A stretch of DNA of 64,000 nucleotides from a virus. How positions within the stretch are numbered: position 1 is the stretch's first letter; each line of letters opens with the position of its first letter. Positions 30,127 through 38,143 of this stretch are shown here, in pieces. The stretch lies in IMG/VR virus record IMGVR_UViG_3300021093_005143; one strand, written 5' to 3'. Below the pieces are notes generated by a model. That model did not search any database and was not told where the DNA came from. It saw only the letters and a list, made by a program, of their open reading frames with translations. The position numbers were made by a program, and so were the translations under genes.

Positions 30127-30199
30127 GCGTGCGTAGCTCAATTGGTAGAGTACTGGCTTCCAAACCCAGGAGTTGTGGGTTCAAATCCTACCGTACGTG
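30127..30199 (+). tRNA. tRNA-Trp(CCA)
   Basis: Cloverleaf, loop TT-CCA-AA; C31:C39 mismatch. Confidence 0.88.
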
Positions 30200-30201
30200 C
30201 A

Positions 30202-30338
30202 GATAGGTTGATTGGGGAATGGTGATTCTGATGACAAGAGATTGTATATCAGTCAGTATCATCTGAGTTGGGGTAAATACCTCTGAGTAATGCCAATCGT
30301 AAAAGGAGATGTCCACGCAACCATCTTCTCCTTTCCTA
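30202..30338 (+). ncRNA. candidate structured ncRNA between two tRNAs
   Basis: Nested stems GATTGG/CCAATC, GTGATTCTGA/TCAGTATCAT, CAA-GAGA-TTG, GGGGT/ACCTC, AAAGGAGA/TCTCCTTT. Confidence 0.5.
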
Positions 30339-30341
30339 AAC

Positions 30342-30418
30342 GGACCATTAGCTCAGAAGGTTAGAGCAGCACACTCATAATGTGAAGGTCGATGGTTCGA
30401 ATCCATCTTGGTCCACCA
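30342..30418 (+). tRNA. tRNA-Ile2(CAT), lysidine type (Met not excluded)
   Basis: Loop CT-CAT-AA; overall resemblance to bacterial ileX-type tRNA; encoded CCA. Confidence 0.85.
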
Positions 30419-30456
30419 TTAATTTATTTTTGATATATTTATATTAATATTAAGCT

Positions 30457-30528
30457 ATGAAACACATCTGTAATCTAATCAACAAACTTACTTTTGGAAA
30501 AGTATGTTTTGGTTGGTGTAAAAAATAA
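30457..30528 (+). CDS. 23-aa Cys-containing amphipathic micropeptide
   Basis: MKHICNLINKLTFGKVCFGWCKK after TATTTAT (30436-30442). Confidence 0.5.
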   Translation: MKHICNLINKLTFGKVCFGWCKK

Positions 30529-30531
30529 ATT

Positions 30532-30768
30532 GTGACTAAATCTAAAAGCATTACACTCGTCCGTAAAACTCCCAAATTAGATTTACAAAAAATTCAAATT
30601 GGGAATTATGCATCTCGGATACTATCATCGCCAATTTTTATAAACCAATTTTGGGATTCGGTTGAGATGGTAAATCGTAATTACATTACAAGTAATCGTA
30701 AATGTATTGAACGAGAATTAAATCACTACCCACTTCGTTCTTTCAGATTCATAATAAATAAAAATTAA
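30532..30768 (+). CDS. hypothetical protein
   Basis: 78-aa ORF, GTG start. Confidence 0.4.
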   Translation: MTKSKSITLVRKTPKLDLQKIQIGNYASRILSSPIFINQFWDSVEMVNRNYITSNRKCIERELNHYPLRSFRFIINKN

Positions 30769-30787
30769 TGATAAAAAAAATAAAACA

Positions 30788-31111
30788 GTGAAAAAATTTA
30801 TAACCGCAGTAATTTTTTTATTTTTTTTACTACCATTTATTACTTTTGGACAAGATAAAATTAAATTCACTACAGGTGGAGTTACTTGTTCAATGTGTTC
30901 GAGAGCAATTCACGAATCACTTTCTAATGATAAATTCATTCAAAAAATAAAACCGAATCTTAAGACACAAGAATGGGATTTGGAATACAAAAAGGACGAA
31001 TTTCAATTTAAAAACCTAAAAAAAAGAGTTGACGATGCTGGTTTCAGTATTATTACCTTATATTTTAACGGAAAATTGATTTTTGGAAACGACAGAAACA
31101 AAAAAAATTAA
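30788..31111 (+). CDS. secreted heavy-metal-associated (HMA) domain protein
   Basis: Signal peptide; GVTCSMC; VDDAGF. Confidence 0.85.
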   Translation: MKKFITAVIFLFFLLPFITFGQDKIKFTTGGVTCSMCSRAIHESLSNDKFIQKIKPNLKTQEWDLEYKKDEFQFKNLKKRVDDAGFSIITLYFNGKLIFGNDRNKKN

Positions 31112-31121
31112 AATCAAAACT

Positions 31122-32021
31122 ATGAAAAAACTATTATTATTATTAGGTTTTACTCTAATACTTTTTTCTTGTAAAAAAGAAAACACAAACATAGTTGAAC
31201 AAAAAGAGATTGAACTGTCTCAAGTTGCTTCTGAGGGTGATGCCTTTTCAGAGCAATCTTTCAGTCATGTCTTTGATGATGTGATGGGGATGAGTGATGA
31301 GGTAGGAGTTATGGGTTCAGGCATTTTTGGAAGAGAATATGGTCTAGACACAGCACAGAGATGTTTTACAGTTAGAATAGAACGCCCATTGGCACCTCAA
31401 GCATTTCCAATGATTGTAACAATTACATTCCCACAATCAGGTTGTATGGGTCCTGACGGAAGGGTGAGAAGGGGACAAATAAAAACTGTTTACGGATGTA
31501 GATTGATGATTCCTGGTGCAGAATCAGTCACAAATTTCCTTAATTATAGTGTTGATTCCGTCACAGTTGGAGGAACGTACAAAATTAAAAATATAGTTGA
31601 TCCGGTACAAATTATGATATTCCCTCCACAATACAATCATAAATGGTTGGTAACAGTTGTTGGTGGAAGATTAGGTTATCCTAATGGTGATGTGGTAGAA
31701 TGGAACTCAACAAAAACAATTGAACAAATTGAAGGTTCTCATACACCTATACTTCGTGATGATATATTTAAGAAAACTGGTAATTCAAGTGGTCAATCTG
31801 TAAGAGGACTTAGAGCGACAAGTTGGTCTTCAGAAATAATCGAACCACTCATAAAAAAGAACACATGTAGATGGATAGTAAAAGGGCAAATTAAAACTGT
31901 AAGAAGAAATCTTTCTAACCCTAGTCCTTGGATTGGTATTCTTAATTTCGGAGATGGCAGATGCGATAATCAAGCATCATTAAACATAAATGGTAATATT
32001 AGAACAATAACTTTACCATAA
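31122..32021 (+). CDS. Bacteroidota-type lipoprotein
   Basis: MKKLLLLLGFTLILFS-CKKE; CMGPDGRVRRG; NFGDGRCDN. Confidence 0.8.
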   Translation: MKKLLLLLGFTLILFSCKKENTNIVEQKEIELSQVASEGDAFSEQSFSHVFDDVMGMSDEVGVMGSGIFGREYGLDTAQRCFTVRIERPLAPQAFPMIVTITFPQSGCMGPDGRVRRGQIKTVYGCRLMIPGAESVTNFLNYSVDSVTVGGTYKIKNIVDPVQIMIFPPQYNHKWLVTVVGGRLGYPNGDVVEWNSTKTIEQIEGSHTPILRDDIFKKTGNSSGQSVRGLRATSWSSEIIEPLIKKNTCRWIVKGQIKTVRRNLSNPSPWIGILNFGDGRCDNQASLNINGNIRTITLP

Positions 32022-32036
32022 AAAAAAATAAAAATT

Positions 32037-32756
32037 ATGAAAAAAATCACAAAAATTTTAATCGGAATTGGTCTTGTAATAGCAGGAGCAATCGTATGGA
32101 AGACTTGTTCAACAACTCATCCTGTTGACCCTACTTTTGGAAACACAGGATTTGAAGTTGTAAATTCAACTGAAGACAGCGTTCAAATGTTTCTGACAAT
32201 AAACTCACCAGCAGATTCCACTTGGGTTCAATCTGTTGACGGCATTTTTGGTATTCCAGCAGGTTCAGGATTACAAGGGTCTGTATGGTTGCAACCAAAC
32301 GATACTTTGTCTTATACACCTACATTACAATTTTCAGGTAATGTATCGTTCGGAACTACTCCTGCACAATGTCCAACAGAAAGTTGGCCTACAGGTGTTA
32401 ATATATTCGAATGGAGCACAAATGTCCCCAAAGGTGCTAATGAAGGGCTTGATTTAAGTTGTGTTGATGGTGTTAACTGTATAATGCACATAGATTTGAT
32501 TGATGGACCTGATTGGATTGCAGATACTATAAGTGTTCGAACAATAGAAAATAAATTTATTGGAGGTAATACTGGTATTCCCGGTGTTTTCCCTTATGGA
32601 TGTCCAGGTTGTACAAACACAGACGGAAAAGCCGCCTGTCAAACACCTAACGAAACACCAAATACTGAACCAATTTGTACTCCAACAAGAGGTACAGACC
32701 AAAAAGGTGGTAAAATAAGAATAACATTCAAAGGATATATTGAACCCGCTAAATAA
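32037..32756 (+). CDS. thaumatin-like (GH152-like) membrane-anchored protein
   Basis: LDLSCVDGVN resembles the thaumatin D-x-S-x-V-D-G-x-N motif; multiple Cys; N-terminal TM. Confidence 0.55.
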   Translation: MKKITKILIGIGLVIAGAIVWKTCSTTHPVDPTFGNTGFEVVNSTEDSVQMFLTINSPADSTWVQSVDGIFGIPAGSGLQGSVWLQPNDTLSYTPTLQFSGNVSFGTTPAQCPTESWPTGVNIFEWSTNVPKGANEGLDLSCVDGVNCIMHIDLIDGPDWIADTISVRTIENKFIGGNTGIPGVFPYGCPGCTNTDGKAACQTPNETPNTEPICTPTRGTDQKGGKIRITFKGYIEPAK

Positions 32757-32885
32757 ATGTATAAATTTTTAGACTTTATTTTGAATTTCTCAGATTACCA
32801 CACCAAAAATGGTTTTTATAAAGCTATTGTGTGGGCTATAATTACTATGGTTCTACTTACAGTGTTATTAAATAATATATTATAA
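32757..32885 (+). CDS. small TM peptide (42 aa)
   Basis: ATG directly after the previous stop; hydrophobic C-terminus. Confidence 0.45.
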   Translation: MYKFLDFILNFSDYHTKNGFYKAIVWAIITMVLLTVLLNNIL

Positions 32886-32932
32886 GATTTTTATAATCAA
32901 AACAAAAGAAATACAAATTATTACATCACAAT

Positions 32933-32962
32933 AAACCCTGAACACTAAAAAGTTCGGGGTTT
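32933..32962. terminator. terminator hairpin
   Basis: AAACCCTGAAC...GTTCGGGGTTT. Confidence 0.65.
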
Positions 32963-32983
32963 ATTATTATATTTGTATTACAT

Positions 32984-33057
32984 TGGAAAGTAGCTCAGTT
33001 GGTAAGAGCTTTCGTCTGATACGCGAAGGGTCACAGGTTCGAATCCTGTCTTCCCAA
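32984..33057 (+). tRNA. tRNA-Ile(GAT), atypical
   Basis: Cloverleaf, loop CT-GAT-AC, U1-A72. Confidence 0.85.
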
Positions 33058-33089
33058 CATTACGTTAGATCTTTGTATAAAAAAAATAA

Positions 33090-33161
33090 GTCTCCTTAGC
33101 TCAGTGGTAGAGCATCTCGCTGTTAACGAGAGGGCCCAAGGTTCGAAACCTTGAGGGGACG
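33090..33161 (+). tRNA. tRNA-Asn(GTT)
   Basis: TCTCG-CTGTTAA-CGAGA anticodon arm. Confidence 0.92.
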
Positions 33162-33203
33162 CGTAAAAAATTATAAGTTTTAATATTTGAATTATTGTAA
33201 ATA

Positions 33204-33578
33204 ATGGCACATCCTAACTTACATGCCGAATCTTCGGCAAAAAAATTTGGTGGTAAACCTCAAGACTACATCCATTTACACGAATGGTTGGATGAAACTA
33301 AGGGTTGGATTGGTGATTCACTTCACAGGATGTTCAGACATCATGCTGAAGGTATATTCGAAATGGAAAAAAAGTTCGGTAGTGAGTTTCAAAATTCCGA
33401 CAATAAAACTGTATACACAAGATACGTGGGAGAACAACATGTAAAAGAGGATTGTTTTGGATATATTCCCTCAGCGAAAGAATGGTTGATGAACATCCAA
33501 AACAAGAACAAACCTCAGTGGATGCTCAGAACCCTCAAAATGAATAGTACAGATTCCGAAACTCCGACATCTCTATAA
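33204..33578 (+). CDS. DUF6915-like protein
   Basis: MAHP..HA.SS.KKFGG...H.W.D..K...HR..RHH.EG...GEQHV.ED. Confidence 0.75.
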   Translation: MAHPNLHAESSAKKFGGKPQDYIHLHEWLDETKGWIGDSLHRMFRHHAEGIFEMEKKFGSEFQNSDNKTVYTRYVGEQHVKEDCFGYIPSAKEWLMNIQNKNKPQWMLRTLKMNSTDSETPTSL

Positions 33579-34185
33579 GACCTAAGTCTCGATATCTATT
33601 GTCTGCCATCTGATTGTACTCATAGAAAGGATTGGTGAATTTAATAGGATTGGAAGATCCTCTTCTAATTACTCCAACACCCCAATCTGTGTTGATTGTA
33701 TTTACAACAAGATCTTCTCTGTGTGATCTGAGATTATAGATTACTTTCCAAACCGTACCATTCCAAGGTTGTTGTTGTCCATCAACATAATAATCTTCAC
33801 GTTGCATGAAATATGACTCTGGATTACTGTCATGAAGGAAAATAAAGCCGTTAGGATTTAGGTGATATAAAGAGTTTTTAACGTCTCTCATGACTTGTGT
33901 AGAAATATGTAATCCATCTATGAAGATAACATCCCATCGAAATCCTGAATCTAAGTCCAAATAGCCATTTTCTAATCCACTGAAAAATTCATCGGAGGTC
34001 ATTTGATATTTTACGGTGTTATTGACAAATTCAAGACCTGGATCTACACCCATTTTATTTTCACAACTTATTAAATCAAAACAATCTGATGGATCACAAA
34101 CACCTATTTCCAAATAATTTCTGAAATTATAACGATTAATTACTTCATTTATTATGTCATATCTGTAAACGTAATTCACAGTCAA
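33535..34185 (-). CDS. class I SAM-dependent methyltransferase (Methyltransf_24-like)
   Basis: YLEIGV, GVDP, TSDEFF, DVIFIDGLH, LHD. Confidence 0.88.
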   Translation of the reverse strand: MTVNYVYRYDIINEVINRYNFRNYLEIGVCDPSDCFDLISCENKMGVDPGLEFVNNTVKYQMTSDEFFSGLENGYLDLDSGFRWDVIFIDGLHISTQVMRDVKNSLYHLNPNGFIFLHDSNPESYFMQREDYYVDGQQQPWNGTVWKVIYNLRSHREDLVVNTINTDWGVGVIRRGSSNPIKFTNPFYEYNQMADNRYRDLGLIEMSEFRNLYYSF

Positions 34186-34234
34186 AAGATATAACGACTT
34201 TATTGAATTGTAAACTTTGATTATATTTAATGAT

Positions 34235-34927
34235 ATGGAGAATATTTTGACACCTGAGGAAAAAAAATATCTTAGGTTTTATGCGAAATATATTAAATCA
34301 TATGGCGAAGATGAAACCACTTTTCGGATATATGATTGGACACCTGATTACAGAAAAATTGTTGGTAAATTGAATTCTGAAGAAAATTACTATCTTGAAA
34401 TACCCGAGAGAATTGGACCAATTTTAAATAGAATTTCTGAATCTTTAGCCAGTTATGAGCCAAGCTACGAAAGTGATGACATATCCGAAACTTGGGCAAA
34501 TTTTATAATTAACAGTTATAACAATAGTATTGAGGTCCAATTTTGTTACAGTTATCAAACAAAAGAAGATGCGCCAATGAGTTGGGATAAGGAAGAAATC
34601 AAAGATGACGAAAATTTATCGAAAATTATGGATGAATTGTCTGAGTCTAGCTTACAAACTTTAACTGTCTATTTTAATGGAGGGGGTGATAGTGGACAAA
34701 TCGAGGAAGCCAGGGATGAAAATGGAATTGAAAGAAACTTATCAGCAGCAATTGAAGAATGGTGTTACAATCAATTAGAAAGTAATTATGGTGGATGGGA
34801 AATAAACGAAGGTTCGAGCGGATCATTTAAATTCTATGTAAGACAGAAAGAAGTAATCTTGGACTTCGGTTGGTATAATGAAAATAGTGAAATGGATACA
34901 ATTTACGAAGAAAAGTTTGACAAATAA
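34235..34927 (+). CDS. DUF6878-like acidic protein
   Basis: VYFNGGGDSGQIE; GGWEINEGSSG. Confidence 0.7.
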   Translation: MENILTPEEKKYLRFYAKYIKSYGEDETTFRIYDWTPDYRKIVGKLNSEENYYLEIPERIGPILNRISESLASYEPSYESDDISETWANFIINSYNNSIEVQFCYSYQTKEDAPMSWDKEEIKDDENLSKIMDELSESSLQTLTVYFNGGGDSGQIEEARDENGIERNLSAAIEEWCYNQLESNYGGWEINEGSSGSFKFYVRQKEVILDFGWYNENSEMDTIYEEKFDK

Positions 34928-34968
34928 AAAAAGTTTACTATATTATTTAATAATTATAAAAAAAGAGA

Positions 34969-35090
34969 GAGCTACAACGTTTAATTTGGTCTACACCAAC
35001 AAATTCATGTAGTTCATACTTGATAATATCCTGATGTATAGCAATATACAAACCCTAAGCGACAGAAATGAAGTTTGGGGTTTTTTTATT
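34969..35090 (+). ncRNA. candidate small structured RNA ending in a terminator
   Basis: GAGCTACA/TGTAGTTC stem, TGTATA-GCAA-TATACA GNRA hairpin, terminator with T run. Confidence 0.4.
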
Positions 35091-35120
35091 TAAGGAATAT
35101 CCTATATCTTTGTGTTGATT

Positions 35121-35192
35121 GGCCCCGTCGTCTAATGGTTAGGACACCACCCTTTCACGGTGGATATTTCGGTTCGAATCCGTGCGGGGCTA
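35121..35192 (+). tRNA. tRNA-Glu(TTC)
   Basis: CCACC-CTTTCAC-GGTGG anticodon arm. Confidence 0.93.
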
Positions 35193-35197
35193 CAAAA

Positions 35198-35240
35198 GTC
35201 TTAAATTCGAGCAATAAATTGTCTTAAATTTGAGCAATAA
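35198..35240 (+). repeat. tandem direct repeat, 23-bp period, 2 copies
   Basis: GTCTTAAATTCGAGCAATAA / GTCTTAAATTTGAGCAATAA. Confidence 0.85.
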
Positions 35241-35247
35241 TAAATAA

Positions 35248-35319
35248 GGTCGGGTGGCCGAGTGGTTTAGGCGGAGGTCTGCAAAACCTTCTACACAGGT
35301 TCGATTCCTGTTCTGACCT
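35248..35319 (+). tRNA. tRNA-Cys(GCA)
   Basis: Cloverleaf, loop CT-GCA-AA, U73. Confidence 0.93.
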
Positions 35320-35325
35320 CAATAA

Positions 35326-35398
35326 TGGAATGTAGCTCAGCTGGTAGAGTACTATTCTGATACGATAGTTGTCGGCGGTTCGAGCCCGCCCATTCCAA
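35326..35398 (+). tRNA. tRNA-Ile(GAT), second atypical copy
   Basis: Cloverleaf, loop CT-GAT-AC, U1-A72. Confidence 0.85.
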
Positions 35399-35411
35399 CA
35401 AATAAAATGTT

Positions 35412-35936
35412 ATGAGACGTAAAATTATCTTTATTGATGTAGATGGACCACTGGCATGGGGCACTTGGGGTGACGGGAGAGTTACGCTCAACGAAGCAAG
35501 CAAGACCTTCACAATTCCATACCCTTGGGTTGAGGAGGATTGTCAAGCTTTACAAAAGATTTGTGATGAAACAAATGCATCACTCGTTGTAAGTTCAGAT
35601 TGGAAAAAGCATTTCAGTTTTATACAACTGAAAAGAATCTTCCAATACTACGGTATAACCGCTCCGATTGTAGATATTACAACTCATCAAGACTTATGGA
35701 ATAAGATGAGCAGACCAGCAATCGAATGGGAAAGAGCATCTGAAATCACAAAGTGGGTGAAAGACAACAAAATCTCCAATTGGATTTCAATTGATGACAT
35801 GAAACTTGATGGGCAATACAAATGGATGAAACCAAGAGTTCCAATGTGGAGACACGTACAGGTAGATGGTGATTGGGGTAAAGGTGGTAGATTAAGAGAT
35901 AAAATTGATGAATGTATCAAAAAATTGGAAAAATAA
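35412..35936 (+). CDS. HAD domain protein (Swiss-army-knife RNA repair type)
   Basis: IFIDVDGPL; VVSSDW; RASEI..W; ISIDD. Confidence 0.82.
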   Translation: MRRKIIFIDVDGPLAWGTWGDGRVTLNEASKTFTIPYPWVEEDCQALQKICDETNASLVVSSDWKKHFSFIQLKRIFQYYGITAPIVDITTHQDLWNKMSRPAIEWERASEITKWVKDNKISNWISIDDMKLDGQYKWMKPRVPMWRHVQVDGDWGKGGRLRDKIDECIKKLEK

Positions 35937-36000
35937 ACATATCTTTGTGTTATGAAAATGAATAGAGCGGATTTGACATTCAAATAAAATATTATTACAA

Positions 36001-36249
36001 TTGATTATGAAACTATTTTGGACTTATTATGTTATTTCTGTTATCTACTGTGAAATTAAACTTTTTATAACATATAAGAAAGAATCAACGGCTGGTGCAT
36101 TGAATATAACACCAGCTTTGGATGCAATTATGGTATTAATTTTGGGTTGGGTAATTGCCCCAATTGACTTTTTTTTGACTTGGATAAAATACTACAAGGA
36201 AGCTGAGGAAGCCAGACGAAGAAATTCTGATGGTAATAACTCTTTATAG
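36001..36249 (+). CDS. small membrane protein
   Basis: Two hydrophobic helices. Confidence 0.6.
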   Translation: MIMKLFWTYYVISVIYCEIKLFITYKKESTAGALNITPALDAIMVLILGWVIAPIDFFLTWIKYYKEAEEARRRNSDGNNSL

Positions 36250-36286
36250 GTTTTTGCGAGTTGTTTTGGGATTAAAAAAACTTTCG

Positions 36287-37492
36287 TTAAGTTATAATAC
36301 CCATCAAACTTTTGAATCGTGAAATATTTTCTTGAATCGATTCATTTTTACTAACAGTATTCTTACTCAACCAATCAACCCAACCGTAACTTTTAACCTT
36401 ATCATTCATTGATACGGTTTTCGTATTTTTTGAATCAAAATCTAATGATCTAAGTGGGTTAGTTAACAAATCCAAAATAGGGTCCTTTCTAGAATCTAAA
36501 CTTGGTTTATCTTTTGGTTTATTAGGATCTTTTTCCTTCGACTCATCTTCAAACTGTTTAAAGCTCATTATTGTTTTAGATCTATCCAAAATTCTGACAA
36601 TAGTATTTTGTCCAGCAATACCCAAAACTTTATTTTTTGGTATATTTTGACCCGCCCTTACTTTGATATTTTCTACAGAACAAAACTCAGTATAATAGGT
36701 TTTCTTATCGATTGCATGTTGAACAGTTATTGAATTTTTGCAATTATTTTTATCACTGATATCGACCACTTTACCGATATCGGGGTTTAACACCTTTTTT
36801 CCTTGGGAAATTGTATACTCCAAACTAGAAATATATCTTCCGTTTGAAAGTTCATAATCTTCATTGATCGGTGTTATAAAATCTCTATGTTCGAATTGTA
36901 AAATGGTGGCGTTTTTTAAAGGCTCTAATATGCCTTGTAATATTGGATCTTTATCCCTTTGTGATATATCTTTGATATTTCTGTTAGAAAATTTTCCACT
37001 GAAAAAATCATCCCAATTTGTTTTACCACTATCGTCAGATGGCGTCGCACCTGATAATGAAATATCAGAAGAACTTACATTTACCTTATCGATATATTGC
37101 ATTGGGTCAACGAATTTACCATCTTTTTTTAGTGAGAAATGTAAATGTCGGCCATCACTTCTACCTCTACCTGGATCATTCGCACCACCACCACTTACCC
37201 CAATGATATCACCCTTTCTAACTTTTTGTCCTTGTCTAACATTTATTTTTTGCATGTGACAATATCCTGTTTTGAATCCATCAGGATGAGTTATAATAAT
37301 TGTACCACCACAACTATCGTTTCTAATTTCTCCAACCTCTACAACACCATCAAGAGGAGATTTAACGTTTGCTGCATTAGCCGCTAAGTCAACACCATTA
37401 TGGTTTCTACCCCATCTTGGTCCAAACTTTGAATTTACAGATGTGTTATCAAGGGGTGAGGAAAGTACAACCTCATTTATAACCTTTTTCAT
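36287..37492 (-). CDS. M23 peptidase with a second, degenerate M23 domain
   Basis: HNGVD, YCHM, HLHF; the second domain lacks the His ligands. Confidence 0.88.
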   Translation of the reverse strand: MKKVINEVVLSSPLDNTSVNSKFGPRWGRNHNGVDLAANAANVKSPLDGVVEVGEIRNDSCGGTIIITHPDGFKTGYCHMQKINVRQGQKVRKGDIIGVSGGGANDPGRGRSDGRHLHFSLKKDGKFVDPMQYIDKVNVSSSDISLSGATPSDDSGKTNWDDFFSGKFSNRNIKDISQRDKDPILQGILEPLKNATILQFEHRDFITPINEDYELSNGRYISSLEYTISQGKKVLNPDIGKVVDISDKNNCKNSITVQHAIDKKTYYTEFCSVENIKVRAGQNIPKNKVLGIAGQNTIVRILDRSKTIMSFKQFEDESKEKDPNKPKDKPSLDSRKDPILDLLTNPLRSLDFDSKNTKTVSMNDKVKSYGWVDWLSKNTVSKNESIQENISRFKSLMGIIT

Positions 37493-37529
37493 ATACCATA
37501 AATACCCATTAAAAGAAAAAACCTACTTA

Positions 37530-37751
37530 TTATTCGGCCTCATTCTTTTTATCCAAACCATATTTGATGTATTTGTACCAAACCCGTTCGTGTATGTAAT
37601 ATTGGATTGGTTTATAAAGTAACTCTATGACGCTGAATGCTGCACCAACTTTGACAGATCCTGTTGCAAACCACATTATGATAAATCCTATTAACGTGCT
37701 GATTATACGATAACTTATAGTTTTTGCAACGTGTCTTCTACTCTGTACCAT
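37530..37751 (-). CDS. DUF2061 membrane protein
   Basis: RHVAKTISYRII...YYIHERVW. Confidence 0.85.
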   Translation of the reverse strand: MVQSRRHVAKTISYRIISTLIGFIIMWFATGSVKVGAAFSVIELLYKPIQYYIHERVWYKYIKYGLDKKNEAE

Positions 37752-38143
37752 TAAACTTCGTAGGAATTTACTAATTCAGATATATCAAGTCCCTCCCACC
37801 CCCGATCCCTGTTCAAATTTATACCAAGGGCTCTCGGAAGTTCAGGATTTTCTGGATCCTTATCGTTTAAGATTACTCTTGTACCCCTTCCCAAGTTCAT
37901 CACAAGTTGATGATACTTTACACCAAGTTTTTCCAACTCTTGTTTTGTAAATAGTTCATAAGTACTTGGACGAGCAGTGGTGATAACAACAACAGCACCT
38001 TCATCATAATAATTGTTTACTGTGTCAATGACTTCTTGAATTGGTGTTAATACAGCTGTTGAAAGTTCACTAAACTTACGATATTGAACTAATGTACCAT
38101 CAATGTCGACAAATAACGTTGGATTTTTAATTGTTTTACTCAT
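37751..38143 (-). CDS. HAD-family phosphatase
   Basis: FVDIDGTL; ITTAR; LND. Confidence 0.8.
   Translation of the reverse strand: MSKTIKNPTLFVDIDGTLVQYRKFSELSTAVLTPIQEVIDTVNNYYDEGAVVVITTARPSTYELFTKQELEKLGVKYHQLVMNLGRGTRVILNDKDPENPELPRALGINLNRDRGWEGLDISELVNSYEV

Noticed and set aside
30228-30250. CTGATGA hammerhead core
   Set aside because: The required GAAA does not follow stem II (TATA instead), and no stem I/III arrangement is apparent.
35198-35240. Mini CRISPR array
   Set aside because: Only two adjacent units with no spacer; no cas genes in the window.
35291-35546. Two minus-strand ORFs
   Set aside because: They overlap tRNA-Cys/Ile and the HAD gene on the opposite strand.
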